A stretch of 49,004 bases of DNA, from the NCBI GenBank assembly GCA_001824485.1, contig MHXP01000208.1, positions 1-49,004 on the forward strand, written 5' to 3'. The notes beneath the pieces are model-generated. The model was not told the DNA's origin, searched no databases, and saw only the letters and a program-made list of their open reading frames with translations. The stretch is from Planctomycetes bacterium GWA2_39_15 (GTDB lineage Bacteria; Planctomycetota; Brocadiia; Brocadiales; Brocadiaceae). A program made the position numbers and the translations under genes. Shown in pieces: positions 42,706-49,004 of the stretch (position 1 is its first letter; each line of letters starts with the position of its first letter).

Positions 42706-43737
42706 TTAATTACCCAATACTTCTTCCTTTTCTTTGAAAAATTTTTCTAATGTTTCGAGTTTGTTTGCTTCATAATTATTTTCTGTTATGACCCCATATT
42801 TAAAACAATAAATTAACTCCCGAAAACCATCTTCAAGATTTTTCGTCGGTTTAAAACCAATAATATTTTCCAATTTGCTAAAATCAACCCGATAATCCCT
42901 GCGATCATCAACTGATTCTATATATTTTGTTTTAATGCCCGGCATAATCCTCTTCAAAACTTCAATAACGTCCCTCTTCGTGAAATTTTGAGACGTACTT
43001 CCCGCATTAAAAATTTGTCCACTTATCTTCTCGGCAGGAATGCACAACATTTTTCTAATAATTAAAGACATATCTGCAACATGAATATAAGGTCTCCATG
43101 TATTTACAGCAAAAGCAATTATTTCTTTTTTTGTCAAAGCCTCATAGGCAAAAGAATTTACAAGCAAATCAAATCTTGTACGGAAAGAAATACCGTAAGC
43201 AGTTCCAAATCTTAAGCATATTGTTGCAAATTTTTCATCATGAATTTTTGTCAAATAACGCTCACAATCAATTTTTGTTTCCGCATAAAGCGAAACCGGG
43301 TTCAGTCTTGTAGTTTCTGTTGCCATTTCATTGGAGTTTACAACGCCATAATTTGAACAAGTTGAGCCAAAAATAAAACGTTCTATACCCATTTCTTTCG
43401 CTAAATCAGCAATCAACTTTGTACCCTGAAAATTAATTTGAACAGTTGATTTCGGAGCAGCCCTACATGGTATATCACCTACAATTGCAGCAAGATGCAC
43501 AACGCAATCAATGTCTTTCAGCGCTTTTCTAAGAATCTCCGCATCTCGGATATCACCTCGAATAAATTCAAAATTTGGATGATTTATAAATCCAACAATA
43601 GGTCTACCATCGTATATTAGTAAATCTAAACAACGAACTATCAAACCTTCTTCCAAACAATCCCGAATAAGAGTACTCCCCACATAACCTGCTCCACCTG
43701 TAATCAAAATCCTTTTCTTATAATTTATCTCTTTCAT
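42706..43737 (-). CDS. NAD-dependent sugar epimerase/dehydratase (extended SDR)
   Basis: ILITGGAGYVGSTL and YAETK. 343 aa. Confidence 0.8.
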   Translation of the reverse strand: MKEINYKKRILITGGAGYVGSTLIRDCLEEGLIVRCLDLLIYDGRPIVGFINHPNFEFIRGDIRDAEILRKALKDIDCVVHLAAIVGDIPCRAAPKSTVQINFQGTKLIADLAKEMGIERFIFGSTCSNYGVVNSNEMATETTRLNPVSLYAETKIDCERYLTKIHDEKFATICLRFGTAYGISFRTRFDLLVNSFAYEALTKKEIIAFAVNTWRPYIHVADMSLIIRKMLCIPAEKISGQIFNAGSTSQNFTKRDVIEVLKRIMPGIKTKYIESVDDRRDYRVDFSKLENIIGFKPTKNLEDGFRELIYCFKYGVITENNYEANKLETLEKFFKEKEEVLGN

Positions 43738-44363
43738 TATTCAAACTCGCTTCTAACTAAATCAGGTAAAGACTCACTTACAATAACACCAGCCCCAACT
43801 TGCTGGTTTTTACCTATATTAACACGGTGGGTTAACGTAGATCGTACATCAAGTTTTACGTTCCTTCCTATTTCACACTCTCCTCCAATAACACATGAAG
43901 AAGCTATTATACAATTTTCACCAATTTTTGCATTATTCTCAATAATAACTCCAGGTCCTATGAACGTATTATTACCAATTTCTGCATCGTGTAAAATGAC
44001 TGATCCTGCACAAATAACTACACCTTTCCCAATTTTAACAGAAGGATTAACTATGGCATGGGAGGATACAACATTAATAGGAACTAATTTGTATTGTACT
44101 GCTTCATAATACGATTTCTCCCTAATCGTATTAATACCTATTGCAATAACAAATCCCATAATATCATTTTCTTTTAGCTTAGGAAGAATTGAATGATCTC
44201 CAAGAAAAGGTATCTCGTTATACAATTTCTTACCAGTAAATTTTCCTTCCTCTTCAGTTGTACCCACGAATCCGTATAACTTAAAGTTTTTATCATGAAT
44301 TAAAATATCTGCCACATTAGCAGCCCCAGTCCCTGCTCCAATAATTACTACTTTCATAAACAT
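43737..44363 (-). CDS. NeuD/PglD-type sugar N-acyltransferase (left-handed beta-helix)
   Basis: N-terminal VVIIGAGTGAANVADIL, then the hexapeptide run IGNNTFIGPGVIIENNAKIGENCIIASSCVIGGECEIGRNVKL. 208 aa. Confidence 0.75.
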   Translation of the reverse strand: MFMKVVIIGAGTGAANVADILIHDKNFKLYGFVGTTEEEGKFTGKKLYNEIPFLGDHSILPKLKENDIMGFVIAIGINTIREKSYYEAVQYKLVPINVVSSHAIVNPSVKIGKGVVICAGSVILHDAEIGNNTFIGPGVIIENNAKIGENCIIASSCVIGGECEIGRNVKLDVRSTLTHRVNIGKNQQVGAGVIVSESLPDLVRSEFE

Positions 44364-45046
44364 TCCTCCAATAAATTATTCCTCAATTTTCTTGCTGGAA
44401 CCCCCGCATAAACAGTATTATCTGGTACATCTCTGTTGACAAACGCGCCGCCTCCAACAATAGAATTATTACCAATTTTTATTTTTTCTTTTACTGCCGA
44501 GCCAATTCCAATAACGGTGTTTTTACCAACATACACGTGCCCAGCTAAATGAACGCCGGGTTGTATAAACGAATTATCACCAACAACACAATCATGGTCT
44601 ATTGTAGCGCCTGTATTAACTACTACATGGTTTCCGAGCTTAACAAATGGATTAATAGCCGCCCCAGCCATAACCACAACACCTTCACCCAGAGTGGCCG
44701 AACTTGCTATAATAGATGAAGGATGCGTAATTACGCACAAAGAATACCCATTTTTTTTTAATTGTGCTGCAATTCTTGCTCTTACTTTCATTAATTCTTG
44801 CCCTATACCCAACACAAATAATATCTGATTATCACTACATTTCTTTTGAAATAATTCACTATCAGCATAAATGGGAAACCATAAACTCTTAGTTACTTGT
44901 CTCTTTTTACAGGGAAGACTTTTGAATACATCATCTCTCTCTGAAAATCCTAAAAGCTTAAACTTGTTACCACATAATATAATATCAGCAATTACAACAC
45001 CATGAGAACCGGACCCAATGATAATTACATCGTTTGGTTTGCTCAT
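44354..45046 (-). CDS. NeuD/PglD-type sugar N-acyltransferase (second copy)
   Basis: VIIIGSGSHGVVIADII, then hexapeptide repeats LGEGVVVMAGAAINPFVKLGNHVVVNTGATIDHDCVVGDNSFIQPG... 230 aa. A9 run at 44751..44759. Confidence 0.75.
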   Translation of the reverse strand: MSKPNDVIIIGSGSHGVVIADIILCGNKFKLLGFSERDDVFKSLPCKKRQVTKSLWFPIYADSELFQKKCSDNQILFVLGIGQELMKVRARIAAQLKKNGYSLCVITHPSSIIASSATLGEGVVVMAGAAINPFVKLGNHVVVNTGATIDHDCVVGDNSFIQPGVHLAGHVYVGKNTVIGIGSAVKEKIKIGNNSIVGGGAFVNRDVPDNTVYAGVPARKLRNNLLEECL

Positions 45047-45078
45047 TTTAAAAGGTAAAAAACTTAAAAATATATATA

Positions 45079-45951
45079 CTAAAATACAGAAGAGATAAGG
45101 CTGATTTGTTGTTGAATAACTTTGATTGGTAAATTATAAGCTTCTAAAACAAAAACAAGCTTGTCAGTAATAATCTTCTTCAAGGGTTTCCAAAACCAAG
45201 AATCTTTTTTAATTATATTATTAGTATCTTTACTGCCATCATTTTCACTAAAATGAATACACTTTATAAAAGGTTTACACGCATCCAGAAATTTTTCAAT
45301 TGAAAATTTCAAACTTTTAGAAGAAATATATAAATGACCTACATCCAGTAATATACCAACATTTTCTCTCCCAATTTTATGTACGATATGAATTAAATCG
45401 TCAGCAGTTACTCCTAACAGCAACTTGTTTTCCCCTTCGATAAGATTAAAAGGAGCAAGCACATTATTTTCAATTAAGACTATTATGTTATAAAGCTTTG
45501 CATAATCTGCAATAATCTTCATACTTTCTATAAAGATAGCTTCGGCCTCTTCCATTCGCACTGGCTTGATTCCTGATAAATCATTACCCAAATGTTCCAC
45601 TAACGCATTGAAACAATATCCGGTATGTACGCTATAATAAGGAGATTTCAGTTTTGCACAAAGGCGGATTGCATCTTTGCAAAATATTCGACTTCTTTCA
45701 CTCATAGAACTATCAACAGAAGCAAGATTCAGTACAAAAGGTACTTCTGGAGGTGGAAAATAATTATGAACCAAAAAGTTAAATTGTCCTGAATCCACAA
45801 GGTAACTTAAATCAGATAAAATTAGTGCATCATAATACACGGCGACTCCTAGCTCAATATTTGATATTTTATTCTCTGCACATTCCTTTAATATCATACG
45901 TAAATCTCGTGTCAGAAATGCCCCTGTAGATACGTAAATTTTTTTATCCAT
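45079..45951 (-). CDS. xylose-isomerase-like TIM-barrel protein (sugar phosphate isomerase/epimerase family)
   Basis: YYSVHTGY, VLIENN, GILLDVGHLYIS and IHFSENDGSKD follow the AP_endonuc_2 / TIM-barrel metal-site pattern. 290 aa. Confidence 0.65.
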   Translation of the reverse strand: MDKKIYVSTGAFLTRDLRMILKECAENKISNIELGVAVYYDALILSDLSYLVDSGQFNFLVHNYFPPPEVPFVLNLASVDSSMSERSRIFCKDAIRLCAKLKSPYYSVHTGYCFNALVEHLGNDLSGIKPVRMEEAEAIFIESMKIIADYAKLYNIIVLIENNVLAPFNLIEGENKLLLGVTADDLIHIVHKIGRENVGILLDVGHLYISSKSLKFSIEKFLDACKPFIKCIHFSENDGSKDTNNIIKKDSWFWKPLKKIITDKLVFVLEAYNLPIKVIQQQISLISSVF

Positions 45952-45958
45952 TTTCTAT

Positions 45959-47008
45959 TTATTCAATATCATTCCAGCACAATAAATGGTTTACTTTCAA
46001 ATCACATTTGGCCTTTTTGCCGACAATATTCCTTATTTCTCTAGAATATAGACCAGTACCTGGTCTTTTCATTACCAAGTGGTCCATCGTAAAAGTTTCA
46101 CCTTTAGTAATGTCTTTGTTTAAAACAATACTCTTCCTAGAAACATTTGCCATATCTACCTCCTCCGATTGGCATTTTTTTATAGAACTCCCCAACATCA
46201 CTTCAGTCTTACGAATGGATTCTACTAATTTTTTAAATTCCTCTGGTGTAGAAGAAGCCCTATGGTCTGGTCCAGGAAGTGATTTATCCAATGTAAAATG
46301 TTTTTCAATCACAACAGCTCCTAATGCCACTGCAATACATGATGCAAGAAAATCAGTACTATGATCAGAAAAGCCAACATTCACACCAAAAGCAGCCTGT
46401 AATGTTTCTATGACCCTTAAATTCAAACTTTTTTCTGAACAAGGATAATTTGACACACAGTGGAGCAATATTATATCTTCGTGTTTTGCGGCTTGGTATA
46501 TTCCCATTACTTCTTCTATTTCTCCAAGTGTTGCCATTCCTGTTGCAATTATAACAGGTCTATTACTCTTGGCTAAAAATTCATGTACTGGTAAATCAAC
46601 AATATCAACTGAAGCAGTTTTAAAACACCTAACACCAAGGTTTAATAGGAATTTTGCACTAGCTATGTCATAAGGTGTTGAAATAAATTCAATATCAATT
46701 TTTTGACAATGCTCTAAAAGAAGAAAATGATTTTCCCTTGATAGCTCTAATTTCTTTAACATATCAAAATGTGTTTCCTCCGGAGAGGTTAAATTTTTTT
46801 GATATTGAACCTTTGGTGTAGTGGGAATCACTAATTTTTCAGTGGAATATGTTTGAAATTTTACGGCATCTGCACCGCACTCCTTTGCGCAACATATCAA
46901 TTTTTTTGCTAATTCTACACTACCATTGTGGTTTACACCGATTTCCGCAATAATATAAATAGGTGCATTAGAAGAAATTAATCTTGAGCCAATTTTAATT
47001 TCATTCAT
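45959..47008 (-). CDS. NeuB-family nonulosonic acid synthase (NeuB/LegI/PseI type) with C-terminal SAF domain
   Basis: IYIIAEIGVNHNGS, GFSDHS, EKHFTLDK, and a C-terminal SAF-like region ..VMKRPGTGL. The track ORF runs to 47059, but the ATG at 47008 (MNEIKIGSR..) fits the family N-terminus. Confidence 0.85.
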   Translation of the reverse strand: MNEIKIGSRLISSNAPIYIIAEIGVNHNGSVELAKKLICCAKECGADAVKFQTYSTEKLVIPTTPKVQYQKNLTSPEETHFDMLKKLELSRENHFLLLEHCQKIDIEFISTPYDIASAKFLLNLGVRCFKTASVDIVDLPVHEFLAKSNRPVIIATGMATLGEIEEVMGIYQAAKHEDIILLHCVSNYPCSEKSLNLRVIETLQAAFGVNVGFSDHSTDFLASCIAVALGAVVIEKHFTLDKSLPGPDHRASSTPEEFKKLVESIRKTEVMLGSSIKKCQSEEVDMANVSRKSIVLNKDITKGETFTMDHLVMKRPGTGLYSREIRNIVGKKAKCDLKVNHLLCWNDIE

Positions 47009-47098
47009 GTTGTTTTTCTTAACTCCGGTATCTAAAAAGGAATATAATCCAAAACCCAAAAATAGATTTTAAACCCAAGATATCTTTTTAAAGTATAG

Positions 47099-47461
47099 CT
47101 ATAAAAAGCATTGAGCAAACATAAACAATCTATCTTCAATCGTTCGAAACAAGTGCTTAAATTTATATGATGAAGGAAGACTCACTTGAATGCCTTTACC
47201 ATACCCGAAGACATTGCCTGGTATCTCGATCAAGTAATTTTTGATTGTTTTAAAACTGCTGTTTTGCCAAGCATCTTTCAGAATAAACTGCTTAAAGCAC
47301 TTGGCAATGTCATAGGCGATACATTTGATTGTTATAAAGACATAACTGGCAGTAAACTCTTGTGAATTAATCTTATCAATGTAAAATTCATAACTCAGCC
47401 CTTTGATAAAATTCTCTACCTGACTCCCTGAATTATCGGAATCAGTGGGATTCGGGATCAA
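47099..47461 (-). pseudogene. C-terminal remnant of an IS4/IS1380-type DDE transposase
   Basis: GSQVENFIKGLSYEF resembles the conserved ..R....ENFIKELK.. block carrying the DDE glutamate. FTASYVFITIKCIAYDIAKCFKQF.. and ..TIKNYLIEIPGNVFGYGKGIQVSLPSSY follow the usual transposase C-terminal layout. Only about 115 aa remain, there is no ATG (TTG in the track), and it is wedged between two sugar genes. Confidence 0.55.
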
Positions 47462-48456
47462 ATACAGTAGATATCTTTTTTGTATCTCTTTAAATTTTCT
47501 TTATCTCTGAACCATTCTATTGTTTTTAACAAACCTTCTTTCAGGGGGGTTTCTGGTTTCCATCCTGTCAACTCTTTCATTAAACTGTTATCACAAACCA
47601 ATCGCCCCACTTCACTTTCTTCGGGTCTTTTCCTTGCATCCTGAGAAACAATTTTTGCATTTGAACCTATGAGTTCTATTAAAAGGTTTGCAAGATCGCC
47701 TATTGATATTTCAGTACCAGAACCAATATTTATTTCTTTACCAACCGCAACATCACATTGAGTAAGAGTAATAAAACCATTACAAATATCATTAACATAA
47801 TTTAAATCCCTTGTTGGATGTAAAGACCCAAGATGAATCTCTTTTTTGCCACTTAGCAGTTGAGTGATAATAGTTGGAATAACGGCCCTTGCTGATTGTC
47901 TCGGTCCATAGGTGTTAAAAGGTCTTGCTATAATAACTGGCGTAGAAAATGAACGATAAAAAGACTCTGCTATTTTATCAGCACCAATTTTTGAAGCAGA
48001 GTAAGGTGATTGTCCCTGAAATGGGTGTTTTTCATTGATGGGAACATATTGAGCAGTACCATATACCTCTGAAGTAGATGTAATTACAACTCTTTCTATA
48101 CTGTATTCTCTGCATGCCTGTAAAACATTCAAGGTTCCTTTTATATTCGTATCAACATAAGCATCTGGAGAATGATAAGAAAAAGGTATTCCAATTAATG
48201 CTGCTAAATGAAAAACCACATTAACATCTTTTATTGCCGTCCTTACTCCATTTGGATCTCTGATATCACCCGCAAAAATTTCCAAATCCTTAAGTTTGTC
48301 TTCTGGGAAAGTGTCAAGCCAACCCCATGAATTAAAGGAATTATAATAGACAAAGGCTTTTATTTGGCAGTTTTCTTCCAGTAATCTTTCTACAAGATGA
48401 CTACCTATGAAACCGTCCGCCCCAGTTATTAGTATTTTCTTTCTGTTAAGATCCAT
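47458..48456 (-). CDS. NDP-sugar 4,6-dehydratase-like extended SDR (LegB/RmlB-like)
   Basis: ILITGADGFIGSHL, TSTSEVYG, YSASK. 332 aa. First biosynthetic gene after the regulator. Confidence 0.75.
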   Translation of the reverse strand: MDLNRKKILITGADGFIGSHLVERLLEENCQIKAFVYYNSFNSWGWLDTFPEDKLKDLEIFAGDIRDPNGVRTAIKDVNVVFHLAALIGIPFSYHSPDAYVDTNIKGTLNVLQACREYSIERVVITSTSEVYGTAQYVPINEKHPFQGQSPYSASKIGADKIAESFYRSFSTPVIIARPFNTYGPRQSARAVIPTIITQLLSGKKEIHLGSLHPTRDLNYVNDICNGFITLTQCDVAVGKEINIGSGTEISIGDLANLLIELIGSNAKIVSQDARKRPEESEVGRLVCDNSLMKELTGWKPETPLKEGLLKTIEWFRDKENLKRYKKDIYCI

Positions 48457-48498
48457 GCTTATTATTATTGGCTACTAACCTACAGATTAAATTCTTCA

Positions 48499-49004
48499 TT
48501 AAAGCCTGATATCAACAATTTTAGTGGAAATGGGTATCTGTTTTATTTTACCGGCATCCAATTCTTTCGTTAACATAAGAAAATCGGGAGAATAGTTATT
48601 TATTTCCTCGGTTCCTACTACGTGATAACCAAATATCCTTATCTTCGCTTCATCATCAACAATTGCAACAAGGTCTAACTCCTCTTTGTCCTGGATAACG
48701 AGATAGGCCAACTCCATCAGGTCAGTAACCCCGTATAGCGCAATACGATTTCTATCATTAAAAGAAATGTTATTGATTTTATCTTCAACATCTTTTCTAA
48801 CGGCCTTATAGAAATGAAAATTCCTGTCAAAGAATTTATAGGCAATCTGCGTTTTTTCAGTAATTCCTTTGGGCGTTAAAATATACCGCATCCTTCGAGG
48901 GTTGGCTCCAAGCATCTTCACAAAACCCCTCTTCGTGAGTTTTTTTATCGCAAAATTTATAGAGGCTACGTTGATGCCCAATTGCGAGGAAAGCTGACGC
49001 TGCG
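48499..49004 (-). CDS. winged-HTH regulator (MarR/EPS-associated type) with an extra C-terminal Rossmann-like domain; N-terminus outside the window
   Basis: The track start is a TTG, and the frame stays open to the window edge (..QRQLSSQLGINVASINFAIKKLTKRGFV). RMRYILTPKGITEKT matches the wing and following helix of EPS-type MarR regulators as I recall them. The C-terminal RIALYGVTDLMELAYLV..DLVAIVDD has a nucleotide-binding-like pattern. Confidence 0.6.
   Translation of the reverse strand, partial: QRQLSSQLGINVASINFAIKKLTKRGFVKMLGANPRRMRYILTPKGITEKTQIAYKFFDRNFHFYKAVRKDVEDKINNISFNDRNRIALYGVTDLMELAYLVIQDKEELDLVAIVDDEAKIRIFGYHVVGTEEINNYSPDFLMLTKELDAGKIKQIPISTKIVDIRL

Noticed and set aside
1-49004. 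Assigning the window to a specific taxon. The low GC, the CCCCTCCTT-type palindromes and the acgaag-type repeats flanking GxxExxY/DUF559 genes remind me of uncultivated anaerobes, including some planctomycete and nitrospirae-like genomes.
   Set aside because: This is only an impression from memory. Nothing in the window (no rRNA, no tRNA) allows a defensible taxonomic call without a database search.

Overview
AT-rich window (roughly mid-30s %GC by eye, not computed). Every credible gene is on the minus strand, and they are tightly packed with many 1-14 nt overlaps. It reads as one continuous surface-glycan biosynthesis supercluster of about 43 intact CDS. I saw no rRNA, tRNA or CRISPR array.

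In transcriptional order (high to low coordinates):
- a MarR/EPS-type wHTH regulator, cut by the window edge;
- a nonulosonic-acid-like module: 4,6-dehydratase-like SDR, NeuB-family synthase, TIM-barrel isomerase, two NeuD/PglD-type acyltransferases, SDR, DegT aminotransferase, Gfo/Idh/MocA oxidoreductase and CMP-sugar synthetase;
- an SDR and a NodU/CmcH carbamoyltransferase;
- an HddC/HddA-like, ColD-like 3-dehydratase and Fcl-like module;
- a split transketolase;
- a PglK/MsbA-type ABC exporter;
- a second keto-acid-sugar-like module: Ldh_2 dehydrogenase, three further cytidylyltransferase domains, DapA/NanA-type and HMGL-type aldolases, and a HAD phosphatase.

Unusual content:
- five complete plus one edge-truncated cobalamin-domain radical SAM genes, twice arranged as rSAM-transferase-rSAM triads;
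- three 618-652 aa orphan proteins with a TagF/KpsS-like GT-B C-terminal signature;
- an aldolase::GT42/DUF115-like fusion;
- a GT2::cytidylyltransferase fusion with eroded motifs.

Selfish-DNA scars:
- a transposase C-terminal remnant;
- a GxxExxY gene with one in-frame TAA, bounded by 21-bp inverted repeats;
- a second, truncated GxxExxY relic;
- a DUF559 endonuclease gene bracketed by GC-rich palindromes;
- two copies of a ~115-bp composite intergenic repeat.

No initiating phosphoglycosyltransferase, Wzx/Wzy or oligosaccharyltransferase was recognised. All functional calls come from motif recognition by eye; no database search or computation was possible.
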